Of a stretch of 64,000 bases of DNA, positions 27,551 through 37,996 are shown piece by piece. The stretch's first letter is position 1. Each line of letters opens with the position of its first letter. This DNA is from an uncultured bacterium (lineage in GTDB: Bacteria; Babelota; Babeliae; Babelales; JACPOV01): NCBI GenBank assembly GCA_963744715.1, contig CAVUUR010000002.1, positions 65,665 through 129,664 of the forward strand, in the 5' to 3' direction. The position numbers and the translations under genes are program-made. The notes below the pieces were generated by a model. That model worked only from the letters and a program-made list of their open reading frames with translations. It ran no database searches and had not been told where the DNA came from.

Positions 27551-27994
27551 ATGAGTAATAGGGATACTATTAACCATTTATACATAAAGAAATGTACCAT
27601 GATACAAGAATTAACCCACCTGACTATTTTAGTAAAGGACCAACAAGAAGCACTCGATTTTTACACAAAAAAATTGGGGTTTGAAGTACACACTGATGCG
27701 ATAATGCATGATGGCATGCGTTGGATAACGCTCTGCACACCCGGCAATAAAAATTTTGAATTTGCTTTGATGCCTGCACAAAACAAAGAAGATGAGTCAT
27801 TGGTTGGCAAACAAGGCGGCAGTTACAGCGTTGGCGTGTTAAAAACTGATAATTGTAAAAAAACATACCAAACGCTCAAAGAACGTGGTGTTACCTTTTT
27901 AGGCGAACCAGTGGAAGAGCCGTGGGGAACCGGCGTTGTTTTTAAAGATTTGTATGGAAATTTATTCTATTTATCTCAACCACCTACAGAATAA
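27551..27994 (+). CDS. VOC (glyoxalase/bleomycin-resistance/dioxygenase) family protein
   Basis: LTHLTILVKDQQEALDFYTKKLGF...EPWGTGVVFKDLYGNLF. Start may be ATG 27599. Confidence 0.75.
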   Translation: MSNRDTINHLYIKKCTMIQELTHLTILVKDQQEALDFYTKKLGFEVHTDAIMHDGMRWITLCTPGNKNFEFALMPAQNKEDESLVGKQGGSYSVGVLKTDNCKKTYQTLKERGVTFLGEPVEEPWGTGVVFKDLYGNLFYLSQPPTE

Positions 27995-28002
27995 TCTATT
28001 TC

Positions 28003-28626
28003 ATGAATTCGATTATTTTTTTGCTTAAAGGACTCATTATTGGCGCCCTGGTATCATTACCCGTTGGCCCCATTGGCATTATGTGCTTACGTAGAATGAT
28101 TCTTCAAGGGCCAGTAATTGGCATCTTTTCTGGATTAGGTGCAGCAACGGCGGACACTATTTTTGCGTTTATTGCCATGATAGGCCTCGCGTTTGTTTCC
28201 TCATTGTTAACCGATCATATAACTATAATACGAGTAGTGAGCAGTATTTTTTTAGGAATATTAGGTTTCACCATTTTTTTCAATAAGCCACCACAACATC
28301 CTACGGGAAAATTAGCTCACAGTATTACCGAATCATATTTTTCAACCTTAATGCTTACCTTAGCCAACCCTTTAACTATTATTTCACTCATTACATTACT
28401 AGCAAGTTTTGGTATCGATCCGGCGATAGTATCTCCGTATGCAATAATTTCTCTTTCTTTAGGCATTTTTTTAGGAGCTGTTGCATGGTGGATATTTTTG
28501 GGCATTATCACGAAGCCATTACATGTTAATCTAAAACCTTCCACCCTTTCTTTTATTAATCATGCTGCAGGATTAAGTATTATTGCCTGCGCGCTCATCA
28601 TTTTTTTTAGTATTTTTATTCACTAA
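28003..28626 (+). CDS. LysE family amino-acid efflux translocator
   Basis: 207 aa, about 6 TM helices, N-terminal SLPVGPIG motif. Confidence 0.7.
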   Translation: MNSIIFLLKGLIIGALVSLPVGPIGIMCLRRMILQGPVIGIFSGLGAATADTIFAFIAMIGLAFVSSLLTDHITIIRVVSSIFLGILGFTIFFNKPPQHPTGKLAHSITESYFSTLMLTLANPLTIISLITLLASFGIDPAIVSPYAIISLSLGIFLGAVAWWIFLGIITKPLHVNLKPSTLSFINHAAGLSIIACALIIFFSIFIH

Positions 28627-28711
28627 TGCATAACCAAACTTGTCTTTCGTAGTAAAAAATGCAACGCTAATTACATTATATTGAGAAACATATTTTAGAA
28701 AGAGTATTAGT

Positions 28712-29335
28712 ATGGCGCAAACACAAAAAATGCCTCAATCAGAAAACAAAGTACATGATGAATTAATTTTAGTAGTAAAACGCACAACGTTATTTAACAA
28801 TCAACCAGCATGGCACGGTTTAAATAATAATGCAGTCGATGATTACATTGCTCGCATTCAAAAACATAAGAATTTTTGCCCTCGTTCTCTTATGGAGCAA
28901 GACCTACAGTATAAACAAATTATTCCCTATCTTATTTTTTGCCATAAAAATCGCTACTTTCTTAATGCAGCGCACGGCGCAAGCCTCGGAACAACGTTTG
29001 CAAAATAAATATTCATTAGGAATCGGTGGACATATTCGGCAAGAAGATATCACTAACGGATCATTAGCCGATTGGGCACGTCGCAAGTTCATGAAGAAGT
29101 TGATTACAACGGTACGTTTACTATTGAGCCTCTCGGCTTTTTAAATGATGATTCTAATGCCGTTGGCCAAGTGCATATTGGCTGTGTTTTTCTTTTACAT
29201 GGTAACCATGACAAGATATCAGTAAAATCTGAATTAAAGAGCGGTACCTTAATGGGCTTAACTGAACTAAGTTTGTATCGTGACCGCATGGAATCATGGA
29301 GCCAAATTGTTTTTGATTATTTACAAAGCAAATAA
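28712..29335 (+). pseudogene. Nudix (MutT-like) family hydrolase, interrupted by two compensating frame changes
   Basis: Three ORF pieces in frames 2/0/2 join into one protein: ...QIIPYLIFCHKNRYFL | MQRTAQASEQRLQNKYSLGIGGHIRQ...ADWARR | HEEVDYNGTFTIEPLGFLNDD... Confidence 0.5.
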
Positions 29336-29383
29336 TTCAAGCACTACACCAAACTCGCTGTAAAAATATTTTTTTAATCTAAG

Positions 29384-30538
29384 TTAGTTAGTTACAATAC
29401 TGAGATTATCAACTAATTTCACCTGCTGGGCAGCAATTATTCCCGTTGCCGCATCTAACGTAATAATAGGATATTTGCTCGGAAAAAAATTATAATTTAA
29501 GGTATGCCCTTGCGCTATATTGCGTAAAAAAACATTATTACCTTCAATTGATGTTTGTAAAAAACCGATCGATTGAGCTGAACTATAATTATGCATCACC
29601 TTATTATGATCAACGAAACATTCCTTGCAATGTAACAATCGTTCATCAGCAAAGGTACTCGAAACAGCTATGCCAATTACTGATGCTTCCGGTTTTATTG
29701 CTTCATTATCATTAATTACACAGTTACTAATTGCAGAATGTACGTCGCCGCGTAATGCAATGCCTTCAAACCTATCTAATTGGCAAGAATTATAGGTAAT
29801 GGAACAAAAATCAATAACCGTGCCTTTGCTATGTACGCTCTCAATTCCCGCTGCAAAATTTTTATTGTTCCGTATCTTAGATTTTTTGCATAGACAATCA
29901 ATGCTATTAACAATGGTAATTACCGCTTCACCGATACTGCTCGCTTGATTATTTGAAACTACTACATCGGATACGATTATGCCGGAACAATGGTCTATGG
30001 TTATTAGCCGATCCGCTAGATTTTTAAACAATATATTTTTAGCAATAGAACAACATTCTGAATCTTTAATGTGTAAACCTTGTGTAACGCTTTCTGTAAA
30101 AGTACAGTGATTGACTTGCACTCCCATACTACCAGTTATTGATACCGCCGTTGTATTTTTAGCAAAATTAATCCCTGAAAGTACAACATTAGAAGATTGA
30201 TTAATACTAATGCCTTCTTCCGAAGAACCCTCAATAACACCATCGTGTACATAAATATTAGTACGTTGATCAACTACAATGGCATTTTTAGCATTCATTA
30301 TTTTTTTATGATTCAACAATACAATAACGTTATCCGCATTAATAATAATGTTTCCAGTAATATTATTGGCAAGAATATAAAATCCTGGAACGGTTATTGT
30401 CATTGGTTTTGTAATAGGATGCACATCATAATACGTTGCTTTTGAACGCGATAATTCATCGCGTAGGGCATTGTCAGAATAACTATTGTTAACTATAAGA
30501 AAAAAACATAACATTACCATACTGTGCTTCATTAACAT
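29384..30538 (-). CDS. Secreted right-handed parallel beta-helix repeat protein
   Basis: Signal-like MLCFFLIVNNSYS. Repeated ~22-aa units (NIYVHDGVIEGSSEEGISINQSSNVVLSGINFAKNTTAVSITGSMGVQVNHCTF...) are typical of pectate-lyase-fold PbH1 repeats. Confidence 0.65.
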   Translation of the reverse strand: MLMKHSMVMLCFFLIVNNSYSDNALRDELSRSKATYYDVHPITKPMTITVPGFYILANNITGNIIINADNVIVLLNHKKIMNAKNAIVVDQRTNIYVHDGVIEGSSEEGISINQSSNVVLSGINFAKNTTAVSITGSMGVQVNHCTFTESVTQGLHIKDSECCSIAKNILFKNLADRLITIDHCSGIIVSDVVVSNNQASSIGEAVITIVNSIDCLCKKSKIRNNKNFAAGIESVHSKGTVIDFCSITYNSCQLDRFEGIALRGDVHSAISNCVINDNEAIKPEASVIGIAVSSTFADERLLHCKECFVDHNKVMHNYSSAQSIGFLQTSIEGNNVFLRNIAQGHTLNYNFFPSKYPIITLDAATGIIAAQQVKLVDNLSIVTN

Positions 30539-30689
30539 TCCTTTGGTATATAAAAATTATTATTTTTTTGTTAGTAATACACCCTCGATGGATTCAGGTC
30601 AACATTACCTACTACAAGATATAGATAATTGATTGTAAAACACAGTAACCTAATATTACATAGTGCCAATAATAACATTAGGAGATACC

Positions 30690-31376
30690 ATGTATTTTTG
30701 GAATATAAATGCCCTTATACAATCATTACGATTACATCAAGTAACAACGAGGCAAACTTTTATATATTGTATTAGTGTAATACTATTATCAGTCGCTGGA
30801 TTGATGCCCCACACGTTTTTACCATTGTTGTATTATATTTTTTTTAGCACGGCAAAACTATATATTGAACAACAAATAGCTACACCGGCCCTACAAGTAA
30901 CCGTTTTTCATGAGAATGATACTGCATTTGCACTGATCGCACTTTTAATCTGTGTACTCGGTATTATGTATTGTTATACTGGTTATGCTAAACGATCAAC
31001 TACTGAATTTATTAAACAATACCTCTGTTTAAGCGTACCCCTGACGATCAAAATTGCATTACTTACGCTTTTTCTATTTGTGATCATTATGGGCGGTATT
31101 ACCGGTTTTTTTTGGTATAAATTGACCATACTCGAATACACACCATTGCCAAAACCAAATTATTTTAATCCAATAAAATTATTGTTCAAAGCGCTTACCG
31201 TGATTCCTTTTGTTAGAGAAGGCTTAGATCAAATGACGCTTTTTTTAAAAATACAGGCCCTTTTTGATCAAATTAATACGGTCAGTTATGTATTATATTA
31301 TGCCGCCCAAGGTTTTGCGCTCCTAGAACTGTTATGGTTTTTTAAAAGGATGCGCTCCTATATACAAAAAATATAG
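30690..31376 (+). CDS. Hypothetical polytopic membrane protein
   Basis: ATG 30690 preceded by AGGAGA. Several TM helices, no recognisable family. Confidence 0.5.
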   Translation: MYFWNINALIQSLRLHQVTTRQTFIYCISVILLSVAGLMPHTFLPLLYYIFFSTAKLYIEQQIATPALQVTVFHENDTAFALIALLICVLGIMYCYTGYAKRSTTEFIKQYLCLSVPLTIKIALLTLFLFVIIMGGITGFFWYKLTILEYTPLPKPNYFNPIKLLFKALTVIPFVREGLDQMTLFLKIQALFDQINTVSYVLYYAAQGFALLELLWFFKRMRSYIQKI

Positions 31377-31388
31377 CTATACAATAAA

Positions 31389-31415
31389 AACACGCATGTA
31401 TGGTACATGCGTGTT
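31389..31415. terminator. Bidirectional rho-independent terminator between convergent genes
   Basis: 12-bp stem AACACGCATGTA / TACATGCGTGTT with a 3-nt loop, flanked by an A-run upstream and a T-run downstream. Confidence 0.7.
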
Positions 31416-31448
31416 TTGTGTATTTCTTAAAATTAGTTTATCGCGTTA

Positions 31449-32909
31449 TTAGCTATTAAATTTATGTATAAAATTGCTAAATGGTTTTGCGCCATCACGT
31501 AACGTGCGTTGTAAATAGGTAGGAGATTGTTTATCAAAATCAACGCGATAAAAACCATATTTCCTGTCAAAACCGCTATTCCAACCAAATGAATCTATCA
31601 AGGTCCAATAAAAATACCCTATTACGTTAAGATCAGGAATTTCCTGGCATGCTTTTTGCGTAGCATACAAGTGTCTTCGTATATATTCATCCTTGCGCGT
31701 ATCTTCAGTATCAGCAATACCATTTTCACCTATGATGATTGGCTTGCCTAAGGTGGCAGCTCGCTTTAACGAACGATATAATCCTTCAGGATAAATTGAG
31801 GTACCTTTACTTGAAAGTTTTTCTTCTGGACGAACATCTTGAAAACTAATTAAGTTAATCAGTTTATGCGTGTAATAATTAACACCAAGATAATCAAGTG
31901 ATTCCGGAGCTTTTGGATTAGTATCTTTTACCAAGCCCATCCAATTATAAACACCGGTCTTGAAGAAGTTTAACGTAACATCATGCAGTAACGAATCAAA
32001 ATAACGGCTCACCATCTGTTCAAGCGGATGCCATGGATGATACGGATCTACGGGCGTAAATACGTCAGTAAAACCTATAAACGCTTCGGGATCTTGTTGT
32101 TTAAATAATTGATAAATTGCAACGTGTGAATTTAAGAAATTCTTAAAAACGACACCGGCCATGCGTATATTACCAAGTGGTTGTATAAAAAATACATTAC
32201 CCGGCGGACACGTACCAATGAAATGCGTTGACATTGCATAGGCAATCGGCTCATTGAGCGTCATCCAAATTTTTACTTTGTCATGTAATTTTTCAAATAC
32301 ATACTGAGCAAATTCAACGAAACTTTCTATATTTTCTTCTTTTTCAAAGGCACCTTTTTTATCAAACCATAATGGCCAGGTTTGATGGAATAAACAAACA
32401 ATTGGTTCAATTCCATATGCTCTTAGTTCATCAATTTCATCAATATAATGATTCATGGCATCAAGGTCAAAAATACCCTGTTGAGGCTCAATCTTACTCC
32501 AATCAACCGATAATCGATGAAATTTAAGCCCAAATTGTTTAATTAATTGGGTATCTTCTTTATAACGATTCCAGTGATCACAGGCAATGCCAGCAGGTAC
32601 TTTACCCTTTTTTATAACCCATTCACTCCAATTATTGGTAACAAGTTCACCACGCGCTGTTTGCTCACCTGAAATTTGCCAATCGGAAGTTGCTACGCCC
32701 CACATAAAAGGTCGTTTAAATTGCCTTTTTAAATCTCTTGATAAGGTGTTAAAAAAAGGAAATAGCGCATCAAAGCTCGTATCAGCCACGCTCCAATCCC
32801 AACGTTCTTCTTGCGTAAAAAAAGGAGAGAATAAGGAGGCTTGTGCCGTTACAGCACTCAAACCTATAAAAAGGCTTAATATTGCTTTTTTTATATAGTT
32901 AACAGTCAT
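31449..32909 (-). CDS. Glycoside hydrolase family 1 (beta-glucosidase-like) with signal peptide, paralogue A
   Basis: Acid/base motif MTLNEP, nucleophile motif IIGENG, CDHWNRYKEDTQLIK...HRLSVDWSKIEP, N-terminal LSLFIGLSAVTAQA. Confidence 0.85.
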   Translation of the reverse strand: MTVNYIKKAILSLFIGLSAVTAQASLFSPFFTQEERWDWSVADTSFDALFPFFNTLSRDLKRQFKRPFMWGVATSDWQISGEQTARGELVTNNWSEWVIKKGKVPAGIACDHWNRYKEDTQLIKQFGLKFHRLSVDWSKIEPQQGIFDLDAMNHYIDEIDELRAYGIEPIVCLFHQTWPLWFDKKGAFEKEENIESFVEFAQYVFEKLHDKVKIWMTLNEPIAYAMSTHFIGTCPPGNVFFIQPLGNIRMAGVVFKNFLNSHVAIYQLFKQQDPEAFIGFTDVFTPVDPYHPWHPLEQMVSRYFDSLLHDVTLNFFKTGVYNWMGLVKDTNPKAPESLDYLGVNYYTHKLINLISFQDVRPEEKLSSKGTSIYPEGLYRSLKRAATLGKPIIIGENGIADTEDTRKDEYIRRHLYATQKACQEIPDLNVIGYFYWTLIDSFGWNSGFDRKYGFYRVDFDKQSPTYLQRTLRDGAKPFSNFIHKFNS

Positions 32910-32971
32910 AATAACTCCATTTGAAAAAACTTAACCTTACATTAACCTATAATATGCAATTATATACTCTT

Positions 32972-34441
32972 TTAAGCGATTTGTCTTGTGGCTTTAATAA
33001 AGTCGCTAAATTTCTCTGCACTCGGCCTTAAACTACGAGTCTTATCTGGACTTGCAAAATCAACGGCATAAAGCCCATATTTACTATTAAAATCACTCAA
33101 CCAGTTATAGGTATCGGTAGGGCTCCAATAGAAGAACCCACGAATATCATAGCCTTCTTGCAAAGCCTTACTAACAACGTACAGGTGTTTTCTGATATAT
33201 TCATCACGTAACCAATCAGCTTGATCCGAAAGACCGTTTTCGGCAATGCAGAGCGGTTTCCCTACCGTTGCAGCCTTCTGAATTGATCGGTATAACCCCT
33301 CTGGATAGAGAGCTTTATTGGAATCTGAAACTTGTTGCCCAGGGCGAATGCCCGTTGCTATTTTGCCTTTAAATGATTGTTTTAATAAGGTATGGGTATA
33401 ATAGCTGATACCTATATAATCAAGGCAATTGGGTGCATCATCGATCTGGCCTTGTACTATATTATAGCCCAAGACTTTCCATGCAAAGGTTCCTGTCTTG
33501 AAAAAATCAAGCATTGCATCATTCAATAAATAATCAAAAACTTTTGCAGCAAGATGTTCAATTGGATTATACGCATGATACGGTTCAATAGGATTCATCA
33601 CTTTTATCAAGCCTATTTGAACTGAAGGGTCAATATGTTTAAAAAGTTTGTATACTTCAACGTGTGCTTTAAGGAAATTGAAAAGGACATTTCCCGCTAA
33701 CGGCAAACTTTTCTTTTCAGGAGGGCAATGACCTCTGAAATAACCTTCTAACGCATAACCTTCAGGCTCATTAAAGGTAACCCACGTACGAACTTTACCT
33801 TTTAATTTCTTAAAAACGTATGACGTGTATTCCACAAAATCTTTAATGTTTTCTTCTTTTTCAAAAGCATCTTTTTTGTCAAACCATATTGGCCACGTAT
33901 GATGCCAGAGACACACAATTGGTTCAATGCCATTTTTAATTAATTCATCAACTAAGCTGATATAATGCTTCATAGCTTTATGATCAAAAACACCCGGCTG
34001 TGGCTGAATTTTACTCCACTCAATAGAAAAACGATACGCATTCATGCCAAGTTGCTTGATCAACTGCACATCTTCTTTATAATGCTTCCAATGATCACAT
34101 GAAATACCCGCAGAAACTCTACCGTGTTTGGCAGACCATGCAGTCCAGTTATTCTCGCAATGCTTGCCATCAACACTTTGAGTACCTTCTACTTGATAGG
34201 CAGAACTTGCTCCCCCCCACTTAAATGGTGTGTTGAATTTTATTACTAACGCTTCTGAATATTCTTTAAAGGATAGCAATAATGCTTCGTAACTAGTATC
34301 TATCAAGCTCCAATTCCACCGCAATTCTTGTGCGGGGAGCGTAGGGAGATATGATCGTAAAGAAGCTTTACTTGTTGCGCCATTTATTAAAAAAAGAGCA
34401 CACAGTAACGTTTTGCCATATAACGAAAATATCTTATTCAT
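32972..34441 (-). CDS. Glycoside hydrolase family 1 (beta-glucosidase-like) with signal peptide, paralogue B
   Basis: VTFNEP and IAENG catalytic motifs, CDHWKHYKEDVQLIK...YRFSIEWSKIQP, N-terminal LLCALFLINGATSKA. Confidence 0.85.
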   Translation of the reverse strand: MNKIFSLYGKTLLCALFLINGATSKASLRSYLPTLPAQELRWNWSLIDTSYEALLLSFKEYSEALVIKFNTPFKWGGASSAYQVEGTQSVDGKHCENNWTAWSAKHGRVSAGISCDHWKHYKEDVQLIKQLGMNAYRFSIEWSKIQPQPGVFDHKAMKHYISLVDELIKNGIEPIVCLWHHTWPIWFDKKDAFEKEENIKDFVEYTSYVFKKLKGKVRTWVTFNEPEGYALEGYFRGHCPPEKKSLPLAGNVLFNFLKAHVEVYKLFKHIDPSVQIGLIKVMNPIEPYHAYNPIEHLAAKVFDYLLNDAMLDFFKTGTFAWKVLGYNIVQGQIDDAPNCLDYIGISYYTHTLLKQSFKGKIATGIRPGQQVSDSNKALYPEGLYRSIQKAATVGKPLCIAENGLSDQADWLRDEYIRKHLYVVSKALQEGYDIRGFFYWSPTDTYNWLSDFNSKYGLYAVDFASPDKTRSLRPSAEKFSDFIKATRQIA

Positions 34442-34459
34442 AATAAATTCCCTAATGGT

Positions 34460-35227
34460 TTATACTATTTGTGCACTCAGTGTAGTACTAGTTATACAAA
34501 TACCTTTTTTTTCAAAATCTTTTTGTAATTGCTCAGTCGAACGAAATTGAATCGCTTGTATACCAACATTGGCAATTTCTGCTGCCTTTACATTAACTTC
34601 TTTATCATCAATAAATACGATGCCAACATCGTTAGGAAATCCCAAATCATGTAAATACGCCCGCAAACCTTCATAATACACTACATCAGGCTTTGCTTTT
34701 TTGGCGTAAGGAACTCCTTCTTGATTAGTGGTATATGCAATATAAATACCATCAAAAAGCGCAAATAACTCAGGAAATTTTTTTAACATAACCGCATAAG
34801 AATCTTTTGCGATATTTGAGGCAAGACAGTGTTTATATCCTTGATCTTTTAACGCTTTAATCAATGCAATAGTTTCCGGTATCGGTTCATGTAAATTACC
34901 AAGATTGATAATTGCATCTTTATGCGCCGCAAGTGCTGGATAGCATTCTATAATATCATCAATAGTATCATCTAAAACATCTGAGTTTCTGTTAATAATA
35001 TCAGACCAAAAACGAGGATTAAAACTAACTTTTAGTAATTCCCATTTATTATCAGCATTCCAGATCAAAGTACTTATTGCCGTGATCATGCTCCATGGTT
35101 GTTTTTTGACAATAACGTCATGAAAATCCCATGCGAAGAGCACCTTTGATGCATCTAAGGTTTCTTTTTGATTACTGTTGATTGAACATCCAATAAACAG
35201 CACAATAATGCTCATGATTTTCTTCAT
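34460..35227 (-). CDS. HAD-superfamily hydrolase, probable lipoprotein/secreted
   Basis: MKKIMSIIVLFIGC has a lipobox-like FIGC. FAWDFHDVIV is HAD motif I-like and VFIDDKEVNV is motif IV-like. Confidence 0.55.
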   Translation of the reverse strand: MKKIMSIIVLFIGCSINSNQKETLDASKVLFAWDFHDVIVKKQPWSMITAISTLIWNADNKWELLKVSFNPRFWSDIINRNSDVLDDTIDDIIECYPALAAHKDAIINLGNLHEPIPETIALIKALKDQGYKHCLASNIAKDSYAVMLKKFPELFALFDGIYIAYTTNQEGVPYAKKAKPDVVYYEGLRAYLHDLGFPNDVGIVFIDDKEVNVKAAEIANVGIQAIQFRSTEQLQKDFEKKGICITSTTLSAQIV

Positions 35228-35286
35228 AGCGCAACCATTATACACACTATCTTTCTTGAACTATTAACAATCAAAGAAAATATCTT

Positions 35287-36741
35287 TTAATCAACCCATT
35301 GTCTGCGTTGATATGGTTTTCTTCTTCGGCTATCAAAAGAATCACGGTTATTATTGCCAAAGCGCGGTCTTCTACGTTCATAGTTACCACCTTCATATGA
35401 TTCTTTATGAGCAGGCGCAAAAGAAACATCTTTTTGATCTAAGATATGTTTAAAGAATTTATCAATCAAGATCATAATAAGAACGTTACTTAATTCTTGT
35501 TGAGAATAAGAACTAATTAATGAACGTAATGCTTGCACATGCGCTTCATTAGTATTAGAAGATACTTGTTGCGTTGCTTTATTGAGATGCTCAGTAGCTT
35601 CTTTTATGCGTTGTTGCACAATATCTTCAAACTTAGGAACTTCAATAAGTCCAATGCTGACTTGATATTTTTTTTCAAACCAACGAATACGATAAACTTG
35701 GCGTTGGTCAACCAGCGTAATCGCTACACCTTGTTTACCAGCTCTGCCAGTTCGGCCGATACGGTGAATATAACTTTCCTGATCATCAGGCAATCCATAG
35801 TTAATTACATGCGTAATATCAGGAACGTCAATACCTCTAGCCGCAACGTCAGTTGCTACTAAAATAGTAAATTCTTTGTTTTTAAATCCTTTAATGACCT
35901 GATTACGGCGAGCCTGATTCATGTCACCATGTAACGCATTAACGCGGTATCCGCGAGCAGCGAGTCGTTCAGCTAATTCACTGGTTACTATTTTTGTTTG
36001 ACAGAAAATAAACCCATAAAATTGTTCCGACGTATCGATAAAACGACAGAGCGCTTCTAAACGATTACGAACTGCCGCAACACAATAAAATTGCTTTGTA
36101 TTAGCATTAGCAACTTGACTCTTACTTGCACTCACTGAAATAGGATTTTTCATGTGTGTTTTTAATAAGTCATTAATACCCGGTTTGACGGTAGCAGAAA
36201 AAAGCCAAATATTTCTGTTATTGGGTGCAAAATTTAAAATTTCATCAATTTCTTGTTTAAAACCCATATCCAACATAATATCTGCTTCATCAAGAACAAT
36301 GGTCTTAAGATTGCTTAAAACAAGTGTCTTGCGACGCAAATGATCATTTAAACGCCCAGGTGTACCAATAACAATATCGGCATTTCTTAGATCGCGAAAT
36401 TGACGATCGAAAGGAACGCCACCATAAACAGGAACAACCTGTACATTTTTATAGTGCGCTAGTGCATTTAAACTTTGATAAATTTGAACCGCTAATTCAC
36501 GAGTCGGTGCCACTACAAGAGCTTGTACCCCAGTCTTGGTTTTATCAGTATTTTGCAATAATGGTAATCCAAAAGCAAGTGTTTTTCCGGTACCAGTTTG
36601 CGCCTGGCCATGAAAATCAACTTTTTCGGTGGTAAGAAGCGAAGGTAATGCCCGTGCTTGAATTTCGGTAGGTTCAGTATAATTTAATTGATCAAGAGCC
36701 TTTATGAGCCCCTGATCGAGGGGGAAATCAGTAAATTTCAT
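35287..36741 (-). CDS. DEAD-box ATP-dependent RNA helicase
   Basis: Q motif region, AQTGTGKT, VLDEAD, SAT, HRIGRTGRAG, basic Arg-rich C-terminal tail. Confidence 0.9.
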   Translation of the reverse strand: MKFTDFPLDQGLIKALDQLNYTEPTEIQARALPSLLTTEKVDFHGQAQTGTGKTLAFGLPLLQNTDKTKTGVQALVVAPTRELAVQIYQSLNALAHYKNVQVVPVYGGVPFDRQFRDLRNADIVIGTPGRLNDHLRRKTLVLSNLKTIVLDEADIMLDMGFKQEIDEILNFAPNNRNIWLFSATVKPGINDLLKTHMKNPISVSASKSQVANANTKQFYCVAAVRNRLEALCRFIDTSEQFYGFIFCQTKIVTSELAERLAARGYRVNALHGDMNQARRNQVIKGFKNKEFTILVATDVAARGIDVPDITHVINYGLPDDQESYIHRIGRTGRAGKQGVAITLVDQRQVYRIRWFEKKYQVSIGLIEVPKFEDIVQQRIKEATEHLNKATQQVSSNTNEAHVQALRSLISSYSQQELSNVLIMILIDKFFKHILDQKDVSFAPAHKESYEGGNYERRRPRFGNNNRDSFDSRRRKPYQRRQWVD

Positions 36742-37060
36742 GTAAAGTATCCATCGTATGAGAATATAATATTACAAATGTACGCATTAAGCATACCCTG
36801 GCTCTTAGTACTCATACGTGGTTACGATAGCCTCGATATGCCGACTTATTACCTATTTAAGATAAATTTCATAATCTAATAAAATAACAAGATAGTTATC
36901 AGTTTACCAAAAAAATTCATTTTGTCAAACTTTTAAGGCCAAAAGAGCCAGGATAGCTATAAGTTAACAAAAAACACCAAAAAATATAGGGTTCGTAGTC
37001 TAAAAAACAGTATCAAATTATTTCTAAATTGAATTATTTAGTAAAATTTATATCGCAATA

Positions 37061-37088
37061 TTGACAATATATAAAATACCTCTATACT
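37061..37088 (+). promoter_or_regulatory. Sigma-70-like promoter for the 37128 gene
   Basis: TTGACA (37061-66), 16-nt spacer, TATACT (37083-88). GGAGG lies 5 nt before the ATG at 37128. Confidence 0.5.
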
Positions 37089-37127
37089 GAGAGATATAAA
37101 TTAGTTTTTTAATTAAATGGAGGATAT

Positions 37128-37831
37128 ATGAAAATATCTAAATTATTCTTTGTAGCTATGGTAGCTACGATGCTTATCCAGCAACCTGGTATCCAAGCTA
37201 AATATACCATGGCTGACTACCTTGCTGACCACGCTGCTAATAAGGCAAAAGAACAGATTGCTGAACAAACAATGCAAGGAAGCAACATCTGCGGTTCCTG
37301 CCTTAAAGGAGCAATTAGGAAAAATAGCTTCTCAAACAGCTAATGATCTAGGCCAATGTGCCCTATTGGCAGTAAAAATTCCTTATAAAGTGGCAGAAGA
37401 AACAACTATATCAGCAAGTAATAGGTTTGTAGAGTGGCTTAAAGGACCTAATGCAGGGTTCAGTTTTAAGGTTAATGTACACCCTTATTCAGCATATCAA
37501 TGGGTTAACAATCATTCATGGTTGAGCGCTACAGGTGCCAGTAGTATTCACTGCTGCAGCATTAGTAGCCTATTCAAAATATTCTCAACTTAGAGCGGAT
37601 GCTGAATTAGGCAAAACATTGCGAACTGCAACGGTAGAGCAATTAACAAGTATTACGGCTAATATGGCTTCGCAAAAAGCAAGTAAACAAGCTGAAAATA
37701 ATTCACGTTTGGCGTCGTTCTTGAATTGGTTTAAACGCGGTCAAGAATCAGCTGTAAAAATCGAAGAAGTTGATGAAAACGATAACCAGGGACAACATAA
37801 CAACAGTCCAGGGCTTACTTACAACAATTAA
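37128..37831 (+). pseudogene. Secreted hypothetical protein, reading frame broken twice (frames 0/1/2)
   Basis: Signal peptide MKISKLFFVAMVATMLIQQPGIQA. ORF pieces 37128.., 37222.. and 37535.. are contiguous only after two +1 shifts. Confidence 0.45.
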
Positions 37832-37857
37832 TCATTAATTATATAATAATAAAAAGG

Positions 37858-37887
37858 GGTCATGCTCATTAAAGCATGGCCTTTTTT
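37858..37887 (+). terminator. Rho-independent terminator
   Basis: GGTCATGC / GCATGGCC stem, 8-nt loop, then TTTTTT. Confidence 0.65.
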
Positions 37888-37996
37888 GTTGGAATTTAAA
37901 TTTGCCAATTGAACAATGAATTGATATAATAAAAACATTAAATTTTAAATAGTGTACATGTTAAACCTAAAACCATTCTCTTTTCAGAGGTAATTA

